From assembly GCA_023142595.1 (NCBI GenBank), contig JAGLJF010000027.1, forward strand, positions 1-61,453: DNA of 61,453 nt, written 5' to 3'. This document shows positions 41,536 to 50,334 of this stretch, piece after piece. Under the pieces are notes generated by a model. That model was not told the origin of the DNA. It was given only the letters and a program-made list of their open reading frames with translations, and searched no databases. Numbering within the stretch: position 1 is the stretch's first letter; the number at the start of each line of letters is the position of its first letter. The DNA is from Minisyncoccota bacterium. Lineage in GTDB: Bacteria; Patescibacteriota; Minisyncoccia; JAHIHE01; JAGLIN01. The translations under genes and the position numbers were made by a program.

Positions 41536-43281
41536 ATGATAAATAAAGAAATTAAAGAAATTTTAGATAAAATAGTAGGGGATTTGTATCAAGATATAAA
41601 AATCCCTGATTTTGTTGTGGAGTGGCCGAAGCAGAAGGATTTTGGGGATTATGCTTTAAATGTCGCTATGGTTTTGGCAAAAGAATTGAAAAAATCTCCG
41701 ATGGAGATTGCAAGGGAAATTATGGAAAAAATCAAAGCGGAAAAAGGAAGTGAGGATTTATTCAAAAATATTACTATCGCAAATCCGGGATTTATTAATT
41801 TTGAAATTTCCGATAAATATCTCACGGAAAATTTGAATCGGATTTTGAAAAGAAAATGTAAGTCTGGTTCGTCCGAGATGGGAAAAGGAAAAACTGTGGT
41901 GATTGATTATTCTGCTCCGAATATTGCCAAGCCAATGCATGTTGGACATTTGCGTTCGACGATTATTGGTCAGTCGCTTTATAATATTTATAGTTTTTTG
42001 GGATATAAAGTAATCGGAGACAATCATATTGGTGATTGGGGAACTCAGTTTGGAAAACTCATTTATGCATATAAAAATTGGGGAGATAAGAAAAAAATTA
42101 GCAAAAGTCCGATTGAAGAAATGACAAAGCTTTATGTTAGATTTCATAAAGAATCCGAGGTGAATGAAAATCTTGAGGAATTAGCAAGAAAAGAAACAAA
42201 AAGACTTCAGGATAAAAATGCGGAAAATATAAAACTTTGGAAATTCTTAGTAAAAGAGAGTTTGAAGGATTATAATAAAATCTATAAAACTTTGAATGTT
42301 AAATTCGATTTGGTTCTTGGTGAGAGTTCATATGATGATATGCTTTCCGGAATTGTGAATAATGGCTTGGAAAAAAAGATTGCCAGCAAGAGCGAAGGAG
42401 CGATTGTGATAAATTTGGATAAATATAATTTGTCGCCCTTTTTGATTCAAAAAACTGATGGCGCATTTTTGTATACAACAACTGATATTGCGACTGCGAA
42501 ATATCGAGAGGAGAAGTTGAAAGCCGACAAGGTTCTTTATGTCGTTGCCAATGAACAAGCGCTTCATTTTCAGAAATTATTTGCTTCGTCTGAATTGTTG
42601 GGAATATGTGAAAATGTCGAAATAGATCATATTAAATTTGGAATGGTTTTGGGAGAAAGCGGTAAAAAGTTTTCAACGCGAAAAGGGGATACTGTGAGGC
42701 TGAACGATTTGATTCGCAGGGCAATTGAATTTGCGGGGAAGGCAGTGGAAGAAAAAAATCCAAAATTAAGCAGAAGTGAAAAAAAGAAAATTGCCAAAAC
42801 TGTTGGAATTGGCGCGATAAAATATAATGATTTATCTCAAAACAGATTAACTGACATTACTTTTGATTGGGACAAGATGCTTTCTTTTGAAGGAAACAGC
42901 GCTCCGTATTTACAATATACATATGCAAGAATCAATTCCTTGATCGGAAAGTTCAAAAATCTTTATAAACTAGATCGAATTAATCCTTTTGAAAAAACTA
43001 ATTTTGATTTATTGAAAGAAAAAGAGGAAATAAGTTTGATGCGTCATTTAATTAAATTTCCAGAAGCAATTGAAAATTCAGCCAGAGAAAATGGTCCGCA
43101 TCTTGTCGCGCTTTATATTTATGAGCTTGCTTCACTTTATAATAGCTATTATAATTCTGTTCAAATTGTCAGCGATGAAAAACAAATCACCAAAGCAAGA
43201 GTCACTCTTTCAAAATCAGTTTCAATAACAATTAGGAATGGATTGAGTTTGTTGGGGATTGATGTTTTGGATAGAATGTAG
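41536..43281 (+). CDS. argS: Arginine--tRNA ligase
   Basis: FGDYA, PNIAKPMHVGHLRS, GDWGTQFG, KFSTRKG, GNSAPYLQYTYARI. Confidence 0.98.
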   Translation: MINKEIKEILDKIVGDLYQDIKIPDFVVEWPKQKDFGDYALNVAMVLAKELKKSPMEIAREIMEKIKAEKGSEDLFKNITIANPGFINFEISDKYLTENLNRILKRKCKSGSSEMGKGKTVVIDYSAPNIAKPMHVGHLRSTIIGQSLYNIYSFLGYKVIGDNHIGDWGTQFGKLIYAYKNWGDKKKISKSPIEEMTKLYVRFHKESEVNENLEELARKETKRLQDKNAENIKLWKFLVKESLKDYNKIYKTLNVKFDLVLGESSYDDMLSGIVNNGLEKKIASKSEGAIVINLDKYNLSPFLIQKTDGAFLYTTTDIATAKYREEKLKADKVLYVVANEQALHFQKLFASSELLGICENVEIDHIKFGMVLGESGKKFSTRKGDTVRLNDLIRRAIEFAGKAVEEKNPKLSRSEKKKIAKTVGIGAIKYNDLSQNRLTDITFDWDKMLSFEGNSAPYLQYTYARINSLIGKFKNLYKLDRINPFEKTNFDLLKEKEEISLMRHLIKFPEAIENSARENGPHLVALYIYELASLYNSYYNSVQIVSDEKQITKARVTLSKSVSITIRNGLSLLGIDVLDRM

Positions 43282-43284
43282 AAC

Positions 43285-43293
43285 TGTGGATAA
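43285..43293. promoter_or_regulatory. Perfect DnaA box
   Basis: TGTGGATAA (reverse complement TTATCCACA) just upstream of a promoter -35. Confidence 0.45.
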
Positions 43294-43334
43294 CTTTTCT
43301 TGACGATATATTTGAATTGATTTATATTATTACT

Positions 43335-43562
43335 GTCGAGAGGGTATTCTTTTAAAGCAACCCCCACTCCCCACCTCTCGGCGTTCTAATGATGCTTATA
43401 AAAAAACGAAAAACAAAAAAACGAAAAACGAAAAAGAATGTGAAGTCAGTGGTAGGACATTTTGACTGTAGATGTCCCCTCCAGTCCAACAAATGGATTA
43501 AACTGCTGACTTTACATCACATTACTTATATTATTGAATCTAGCTGTAGGCTGGTTTTTTTG
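43335..43562 (+). ncRNA. Candidate structured ncRNA A
   Basis: Promoter TTGACG-17-TATATT (43300-43328); 5' stem gtcgagagg/cctctcggc, A-rich linker, multi-helix junction, terminator-like hairpin plus T-run. Confidence 0.5.
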
Positions 43563-43635
43563 TGTTCAGATAAGGAAAAATAGAATTTAAGTTTCGTATA
43601 TTGACAAATTTTGAATTTTCTGTTAGTTTTTAGTT

Positions 43636-43818
43636 GCTGGGCAAGTAGTAGTATGAGCTATATTTGACCTAGTGTAGCTAAGGTGGTCCCCTCAGATGTG
43701 GCATTGTTACATCGCTATTCGCAATTTATATATTGTGAAAGGGCACCTTTGCTAGCGGTCAGCAGAACATACTTCTAATCCCTCTGAAGAAGCAGAAAGA
43801 ATGTTCTGTCTGACCCAT
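43636..43818 (+). ncRNA. Candidate structured ncRNA B
   Basis: Promoter TTGACA-17-TAGTTT (43601-43629); three consecutive domains with long G-U-containing stems, GC-richer than flanks, no long ORF. Confidence 0.55.
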
Positions 43819-44105
43819 TATTATTTATGCTTTTAAATTGTATAAAAATAGACCAAAATAAATTTATATAAGTTTTATAATAATTATTAGTTATATTATA
43901 AAGAATATATAATTTGATTATTTAATCTATTCTGTTATAATGTTAATTATAGAATAATATTAAGTCAAAGCAGTGTTTTATTTCAAAAATAACAATGATA
44001 ATAATCAATAGGGCTTTATTCTTATTTAATAAGTTTGTTTTTACTTGTTAGATAGGAATAAGGCTTTTCTTACATATATTTGAAAATTAATTTAATATAA
44101 AATTT

Positions 44106-45902
44106 ATGCAAAAATATCGAACTCATACTTGTGGAGAGCTTTCAAAAAAAGAAGAAGGAAAAGAGATAATTTTATCTGGATGGGTAAATTCCAGAAGAGA
44201 CCATGGAGGATTAATATTTATTGACCTGCGTGATCGTTATGGGATAACACAAATCACTTTTGATCCAAAAGTTTCAAAAGATCCTTGGGAATTGGCAGAT
44301 AAAGTTCGAAGTGAGTATGTTATTAAAGTTAGCGGAAAAGTAATTTCAAGGCCTGATGATATGATTAATTCAAAATTGGCAACTGGGGAAATTGAAGTTG
44401 AGGCAGAAAAAATTGAAGTTTTGTCTGAATCGGAAACTCCACCTTTTGAGATTAATGACGAAAAAGGGCAAGAAGCAAATGAATTGATTCGGTTGGAATA
44501 TCGATTTCTTGATCTTCGAAGAAAAAAGTTTCAGGAAATGCTCAAGATTAAAGATCAAATTTTTCAACATGTGAGAAGTTATTTTCAAACAAGAGATTTT
44601 AGAGAAGTCCAAACACCAATCCTTGCCAATTCTTCTCCTGAAGGTGCTCGAGATTTCCTGATTCCATCAAGATTAAATCCTGGAAAATTTTATGCTCTTC
44701 CTCAAGCTCCTCAGCAATTCAAGCAATTACTGATGATTGGGGGAGTTGATAAATATTTTCAAATTGCGCCTTGTTTTCGAGATGAGGATCCAAGAATGGA
44801 TCGGGCATATGGAGAATTTTATCAGATTGATATGGAGATGAGTTTTGTTGAGCAGGAAGATATATTTGAAATTATGGAACCGTTATTTGTTGAATTGACT
44901 GAAAAATTTTCAAAGAAAAAACTTGTTGCACTTGAAAAAGATGGAAGTTTTCAAAAATTACCGTGGAGGGAATCGATGGAAAAATATGGTTCAGATAAAC
45001 CTGACTTGAGATTTGATTTGGAAATCAAACCAATTTCAAATTTAGTAAAAGAATGTGGGTTTAGTGTGTTTGCGGATGTTGTCGGAAAGGGCGGAGTAGT
45101 TCATGCTTTGAAAATTGAAGGTGGTGCAAAATTTTCTCGAAAAGAAATTGATGAGTTGACAGAAACTGCCAAAGAAAAAGGAGCAAAGGGATTGGCATAT
45201 ATTATCGTCAAAGATGATGGAGAATTTCAATCTCCGATTGTAAAATTTCTTGGAGAAAAATTAACAAAGAAAATTGCAAGCGAAGTTGAAGCAAACTCTG
45301 GCGATATAATATTTTTTGGAGCAGATTCTTGGAAAACAGTTTGTTGGGCATTAGGAGCTGTGCGAAATGAATGTGGCTCAAAGCTTGGGTTGAAAGATAA
45401 TTCAAAAGCTGCTTGGTGTTGGATTGTCGATTTCCCAATGTTTGCTTATTCTGATATTGAAGAAGGTCGGATTGATTTTGAACATAATCCATTTTCAATG
45501 CCAAGAGGTGGAATTGAAGAGCTTGAATCGAAGGATCCACTTGAGATTATAAACAATCAATTTGATGTATCTTTGAACGGATTTGAAGTTTTAAGCGGAG
45601 GAATTAGAAACCATAAACCAGATGTGATGTATAAGGCATTTGAAATTGCAGGATATACAAAGAAAGAAGTGAATGAAAAATTTGGCGGAATGATTAAAGC
45701 TTTGAAATTCGGTGCTCCTCCTCATGGTGGCTGTGCTCCAGGAGTTGATCGAATTATCATGACTCTTTGTGACTACGATTCAATCCGCGATATTTATGCC
45801 TTTCCAAAAGATGGCAAAGGCAAGGATTTAATGATGGACAGTCCAAGTTCAGTTAAAGATGGTCAGTTGAAGGAATTACACATAAAGCGAAGTAAGATAT
45901 AA
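44106..45902 (+). CDS. aspS: Aspartate--tRNA ligase (probably non-discriminating Asp/Asn)
   Basis: RTHTCGEL, RRDHGG (His typical of ND enzymes), PEGARDF, LPQAPQQFKQ, GAPPHGG; gatB nearby. Confidence 0.97.
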   Translation: MQKYRTHTCGELSKKEEGKEIILSGWVNSRRDHGGLIFIDLRDRYGITQITFDPKVSKDPWELADKVRSEYVIKVSGKVISRPDDMINSKLATGEIEVEAEKIEVLSESETPPFEINDEKGQEANELIRLEYRFLDLRRKKFQEMLKIKDQIFQHVRSYFQTRDFREVQTPILANSSPEGARDFLIPSRLNPGKFYALPQAPQQFKQLLMIGGVDKYFQIAPCFRDEDPRMDRAYGEFYQIDMEMSFVEQEDIFEIMEPLFVELTEKFSKKKLVALEKDGSFQKLPWRESMEKYGSDKPDLRFDLEIKPISNLVKECGFSVFADVVGKGGVVHALKIEGGAKFSRKEIDELTETAKEKGAKGLAYIIVKDDGEFQSPIVKFLGEKLTKKIASEVEANSGDIIFFGADSWKTVCWALGAVRNECGSKLGLKDNSKAAWCWIVDFPMFAYSDIEEGRIDFEHNPFSMPRGGIEELESKDPLEIINNQFDVSLNGFEVLSGGIRNHKPDVMYKAFEIAGYTKKEVNEKFGGMIKALKFGAPPHGGCAPGVDRIIMTLCDYDSIRDIYAFPKDGKGKDLMMDSPSSVKDGQLKELHIKRSKI

Positions 45903-45903
45903 A

Positions 45904-45932
45904 AAATGCGGGCTGATTGGCCCGCTTTTTTG
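45904..45932 (+). terminator. aspS terminator
   Basis: gcgggc-tgattg-gcccgc followed by a T-run. Confidence 0.8.
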
Positions 45933-46013
45933 TAGATAGTTGGTTTAACTTTAATCTTTTAGAAGTTCACCGACGAAATCAGCTCAATTTAAAATATACA
46001 GAAAACATAAATT

Positions 46014-46122
46014 GTCATTCTGAATTCATTTCAGAATCTATTATCTGTTACCATTAATTTTATGATTTGTAGGTAAATAAAAATCTACACTTTAAAAGAT
46101 TCTGAATCAAGTTCAGAATGAC
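46014..46122. repeat. GTCAT-type inverted REP doublet
   Basis: gtcattctgaattcatttcagaatct - 57 nt - agattctgaatcaagttcagaatgac. Confidence 0.85.
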
Positions 46123-46287
46123 AATTTCTATACATTTTTATTATCTACATTGGTAGAATAAAAGGACGTCGTTTAGTTGGCAATACCACCGACAGGGTTG
46201 GTGGTCGTTGTAAGAGTCTTGATTATTTTTTAGGGCTGTGATAGATTGTATATAAATTGACAAAGTTTACGGGAGGTGAGAGAAATA

Positions 46288-46383
46288 ATGTCAAGACGAT
46301 CTAAAATTACCGACAGAACTACAGATCTCCTGCAGAATGCAGGAGGACCAGGTTTTTGTGCAATATTTGCGATAGCAGGCTAA
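46288..46383 (+). CDS. Candidate 31-aa small protein (MSRRSKITDRTTDLLQNAGGPGFCAIFAIAG)
   Basis: GGAGGTGA SD upstream of ATG, terminator downstream; below the ORF-track cut-off; could instead be a structured RNA. Confidence 0.35.
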   Translation: MSRRSKITDRTTDLLQNAGGPGFCAIFAIAG

Positions 46384-46400
46384 CAGTGCCTAGTCATTGC

Positions 46401-46438
46401 AAGGGGGGGCGATATTAGATCGTTCCCCTACTTTTTTT
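46401..46438 (+). terminator. Intrinsic terminator
   Basis: ggggggcgat-attag-atcgttcccc followed by a T-run. Confidence 0.7.
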
Positions 46439-46488
46439 ATTATTTTTATATGATATAATGAAAATGTAATTATAACCAATGAAAATCG

Positions 46489-47028
46489 ATGGAAAATTGT
46501 AATATCGAAGTTGAAGTGAGGAGTTTTGTGACGGATGATCAGTATAAAAATTTGTTATCCAGATTGAATGTTAATGCGGAATTAATCAAAGAAACAAATG
46601 AAGAAACGATATATTTTTCGGGAGACAAGGATTTGAGATTGCGAAAAGATGAGAATAGTGCTTGTATTATACTCAAAAAAGGAGAATTACATGATAATCA
46701 TCGAGAAGAATTTGAAATCAGGATTAATATTGAAGATTTTGAAAATACACAAAAACTTTTTGAATCTCTTGGATATGAAATTGAGATTAAATGGTTGAGA
46801 AAAAGATTGGAATTCAAACAAGATGATGTTAAAATCCTATTAGATAATACAAAAGGATATGGAAAAATTATCGAGATTGAAAAAATGGTTTCGCTTGGAG
46901 AAGAAGATGAGACTTATACAAAACTTACAAAAAGGCTGAGTAAGTTAGTAGATAAAATTAGCACAAAGAAAGAATTTGATTATGCGTTCGAATATTATAA
47001 AAAAAATTGGAAAACTTTAATAAAATAA
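46489..47028 (+). CDS. CYTH domain protein (class IV adenylate cyclase/triphosphatase-like)
   Basis: IEVEVR, LRLR, REEFE, RKR, IIEIE motifs. Confidence 0.85.
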   Translation: MENCNIEVEVRSFVTDDQYKNLLSRLNVNAELIKETNEETIYFSGDKDLRLRKDENSACIILKKGELHDNHREEFEIRINIEDFENTQKLFESLGYEIEIKWLRKRLEFKQDDVKILLDNTKGYGKIIEIEKMVSLGEEDETYTKLTKRLSKLVDKISTKKEFDYAFEYYKKNWKTLIK

Positions 47029-47039
47029 TTTTTTAAGAT

Positions 47040-48515
47040 ATGAAATACGAAGCAGTAATTGGAATGGAGGTTCATGTTGAGCTTAAGACAGAATCAAAAA
47101 TGTTTTGTACTTGTGCAAATAATCCTGATGAGACTAAACCGAACAAGAATGTTTGTCCGATTTGTATGGGGCATCCAGGAACATTGCCAGTAGCAAATAA
47201 AAAAGCAATTGAATATGTTATCAAAACTGGTTTAGCAATGGAATGTGAAATTGCAGAATTTTCAAAGTTTGATCGAAAAAATTATTTTTATCCAGACTTG
47301 CCAAAGGGCTATCAAATTTCGCAATACGACAAACCACTTTGCGAAAATGGAAATGTTATGATTAATGATAAGAAAATTGGTATAACCAGAATTCATATGG
47401 AAGAAGACACTGGAAAACTTCTTCATCCAAAGGGAGCAGATTATTCTTTGGTTGATTTGAATCGCGCTGGAACACCCTTAATGGAATTGGTAACAGAACC
47501 AGAGATTACATCGTCGACTGAAGCAAAAGAATTTTGTAAACAATTTCAGCTTATTGTAAGGTATATTGGTGTTTCAGATGCTGATATGGAAAAGGGTCAT
47601 ATGAGATGTGAAGTTAATATTAGTTTGAAGCCGGAAGGACAAAAGGAGTTTGGAACAAAAGTTGAAATTAAAAATTTAAATTCATTTAGAGCGGTCGAAA
47701 GGTCAATTGAATATGAAATCAAAAGACAGTCCGAAGTTTTGGATGATGGAGGAAAAATTTTGCAAGAAACAAGAGGATGGAATGCAGACAAACAAGAGAC
47801 ATATTCTCAGAGAAAAAAAGAAGAAGCGCATGATTATCGATATTTTCCAGAACCTGATTTGCCACCGCTTGATCTTTCAAAAGAAGCAGGAGTTTTTGAT
47901 GTTGAAAAAATAAAAGAAAGTATTCCAGAATTGCCACTTATGAAAAAATATAGATTTATAAATCAATATAAGTTAACTGAAGAAAATGCAAAAATATTTT
48001 CTGAGGACAAGGAATTGGCGAATTACTTTGAAGATATTATTTCAGAATTGAGGACTTGGGTTGATGCAAAGGGGATTGATGGGGATTTAATTGATAAATT
48101 AACAAAATTAACTGCTAATTATATTTTAACCGAACTTCAAAGATTGCTTTATGTTGAAAATCATTCGGTTCATTGTTGCAAAATTACAGCAGAAAATTTT
48201 GCAGAGTTTATTACAATGATTCAAGAAGGAAAAATTTCAAGTAGTGGCGCTCAAACAATGCTTGGGGAAATGTATAAAACAGGAGGGGATCCATCAAATA
48301 TTCTTGAAGAAAAGAGTTTGGCTCAAATGAGTGATGAAGGTGAGATTGAAAAGATTGTCGAAGAGGTGATTGAAGCTAATTCAAAATCTGTTGAAGATTA
48401 TAAAGCCGGCAAAGAAAATGCTATCAAGTTTTTAATCGGTCAAACAATGAAACAAAGTAAAGGAAAGGCAAATCCACAAATGGCAGAAGAAATTTTAAAG
48501 AAGAAATTGAAATAA
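47040..48515 (+). CDS. gatB: Asp/Glu-tRNA amidotransferase subunit B
   Basis: IGMEVHVEL, FDRKNYFYPDLPKGYQISQ, HMEEDTGK, NRAGTPLME, YRYFPEPDLPP. Confidence 0.98.
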   Translation: MKYEAVIGMEVHVELKTESKMFCTCANNPDETKPNKNVCPICMGHPGTLPVANKKAIEYVIKTGLAMECEIAEFSKFDRKNYFYPDLPKGYQISQYDKPLCENGNVMINDKKIGITRIHMEEDTGKLLHPKGADYSLVDLNRAGTPLMELVTEPEITSSTEAKEFCKQFQLIVRYIGVSDADMEKGHMRCEVNISLKPEGQKEFGTKVEIKNLNSFRAVERSIEYEIKRQSEVLDDGGKILQETRGWNADKQETYSQRKKEEAHDYRYFPEPDLPPLDLSKEAGVFDVEKIKESIPELPLMKKYRFINQYKLTEENAKIFSEDKELANYFEDIISELRTWVDAKGIDGDLIDKLTKLTANYILTELQRLLYVENHSVHCCKITAENFAEFITMIQEGKISSSGAQTMLGEMYKTGGDPSNILEEKSLAQMSDEGEIEKIVEEVIEANSKSVEDYKAGKENAIKFLIGQTMKQSKGKANPQMAEEILKKKLK

Positions 48516-48533
48516 ATTTGTTAAATAAAAAAT

Positions 48534-48740
48534 ATGAAAAAAGAAAATTTAGGCGCATCTCTTAAAAAACTTGAAAGTATTGTTGGGTGGTTTGAATCTC
48601 AAGAAGAGGTTGATATTGAAAAAGGACTTGAGAAAGTGAAAGAGGGCGTGAAGCTTATCAAAGCAAGTAAGGAACAATTGAAAGAAGTTGAGAATGAATT
48701 TGAGGAAATTAAGAAGGAGTTAAAGGATGAGAATAACTGA
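48534..48740 (+). CDS. xseB: Exodeoxyribonuclease VII small subunit
   Basis: LKKLESIV..E..EVDIEKGLEKVKEGVKLIK...EQLKEVE helical pattern, 68 aa. Confidence 0.8.
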   Translation: MKKENLGASLKKLESIVGWFESQEEVDIEKGLEKVKEGVKLIKASKEQLKEVENEFEEIKKELKDENN

Positions 48741-48867
48741 TAGATTTTGAATTATATAATTTATATTGAATTTTAGGTGTCTTTAAAAATAATAATTTCT
48801 AAGTTGTTCTGACATTTTTTTATTTCAAAATTAGTGTATAATAAAGATATATTCAATAGTATATTCT

Positions 48868-50052
48868 ATGTCTAAAAAAATTCGAAAATTTCCAAAAGAT
48901 TTTTTGTGGGGGGCGGCAGTTTCTTCATATCAGGTTGAGGGTGGGATTGAAAATTGCGATTGGTCAGAAAAATTTCCAGCTGGCAAGGCTTGTGATTATT
49001 ATAATCAATATGAAAAATATTTTGATTTAGCGAAGGAGTTAAATCATGGTGTTCATCGATTTTCTTTGGAATGGTCCCGAATTCAACCTAGCGAGGGAAA
49101 ATTTGATAGAAAAGAAATTGAGCACTATCGCAGAGTTTTGCAAGCACTCAAAAAAAGAAATATAAAATCGATGGTGACAATTTGGCATTTCACATTGCCG
49201 ACTTGGCTTTCTGAAAAAGGTGGATTGCACAATATAAAATTTCCTGAATATTTTGAAAGTTTTGCAAAATTTGTGACGGAAGAACTTGATGATCTTGTAG
49301 ATTTTTGGGTAACGCTTAATGAGCCGATGGTATATCTTTCTCTTGCTTATCTTGAAGGTAGATTTTCACCACAAAAAAAGAAATCGTTTTATACTCCTTT
49401 AGTTTTTGTAAATTTTGTGAGAGCTCATAAAAAAGCGTTTAATATAATAAAAGATATTAATCCTAATGCGAATGTTGGTACCGCTCAAAATTATTGCTAT
49501 TCAGATGCGTATAATAAAAAGTCTTTTTTGAATAAAGGTTTAGTGAAAATTGCAGATTTCGTAACAAATCATAGTTTTTCAAAATTTATAAACAAGTATT
49601 CTGATTTTATTGGAGTTAACTATTATTTCCATAATAGAATTAGACTCACACCTTTTTCTTCTCCTTTCGCTAAAATAGACAATGAAAACAAAAAAGTTTC
49701 AGATATGAATTGGGAAATTTTTCCAAAAGGATTATATTTTGTTTTGAAGGATATGAAAAAATATAATAAGCCGATTTATATTACGGAGAATGGAATTGCT
49801 GATGCCAAGGACGAGAAGAGATCTGAATTTATCAAAGAGCATCTAAAGTGGATGCACAAAGCAATTGAAGATGGGGTGGATGTAAGAGGTTATATGTATT
49901 GGTCTTTGATTGATAATTTTGAATGGGATAGCGGTTTTGCAAAAAGATTTGGACTTGTTGAAATTGATTATCAAAATGGATTAGAGACGAAAATTCGTCA
50001 GAGCGCATATGATTATGCAGAAATTTGTAAAAAAAATGAATTGGTAGTATGA
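48868..50052 (+). CDS. Glycoside hydrolase family 1
   Basis: FPKDFLWGAAVSSYQVEG, RFSLEWSRI, TLNEP, ITENG, WSLIDNFEW. Confidence 0.96.
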   Translation: MSKKIRKFPKDFLWGAAVSSYQVEGGIENCDWSEKFPAGKACDYYNQYEKYFDLAKELNHGVHRFSLEWSRIQPSEGKFDRKEIEHYRRVLQALKKRNIKSMVTIWHFTLPTWLSEKGGLHNIKFPEYFESFAKFVTEELDDLVDFWVTLNEPMVYLSLAYLEGRFSPQKKKSFYTPLVFVNFVRAHKKAFNIIKDINPNANVGTAQNYCYSDAYNKKSFLNKGLVKIADFVTNHSFSKFINKYSDFIGVNYYFHNRIRLTPFSSPFAKIDNENKKVSDMNWEIFPKGLYFVLKDMKKYNKPIYITENGIADAKDEKRSEFIKEHLKWMHKAIEDGVDVRGYMYWSLIDNFEWDSGFAKRFGLVEIDYQNGLETKIRQSAYDYAEICKKNELVV

Positions 50053-50070
50053 ATTTAATTGGCATTTTTT

Positions 50071-50252
50071 GTCATTCTGAATTTATTTCAGAATCTTTCG
50101 TGGATTATGGAAAATAGTCCTATAAATCATCAGACATTTAAATTAGAAATTAAGATATATTTATTCGTGTTTATATTATATGTGACGATTGGTGTAAATA
50201 ATGAATGTTCTTGCATGGCAGACGATAGATACTGAATCAAGTTCAGTATGAC
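50071..50252. repeat. GTCAT-type inverted REP doublet with long spacer
   Basis: gtcattctgaatttatttcagaatct - 130 nt - agatactgaatcaagttcagtatgac. Confidence 0.85.
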
Positions 50253-50334
50253 AGTTGTAGAAAGAATTAAAATTTATAAATTGAAGTTAAGTTGTGCGTG
50301 AGAATTAAAAATATAACAAACTAAAAATCTGATT

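Noticed and set aside
43285..43293. oriC suggested by the DnaA box
   Set aside because: Only a single perfect box, with no cluster and no dnaA/dnaN nearby
43389..43583. 64-aa Lys-rich ORF
   Set aside because: Derived from the aaaaacg repeat linker, has no SD, and runs through extensive RNA stems and a terminator; better explained as ncRNA
43678..43695. T-box-like AAGGTGGTCCC upstream of aspS
   Set aside because: Lacks the TGGNACC bulge, shows no Stem I/specifier features, and lies about 420 nt from aspS beyond AT-rich promoter-like sequence
28462..50252. 26-nt palindromic repeats as a CRISPR array
   Set aside because: They are dispersed inverted pairs with variable spacers, not tandem direct repeats, and no cas genes are present
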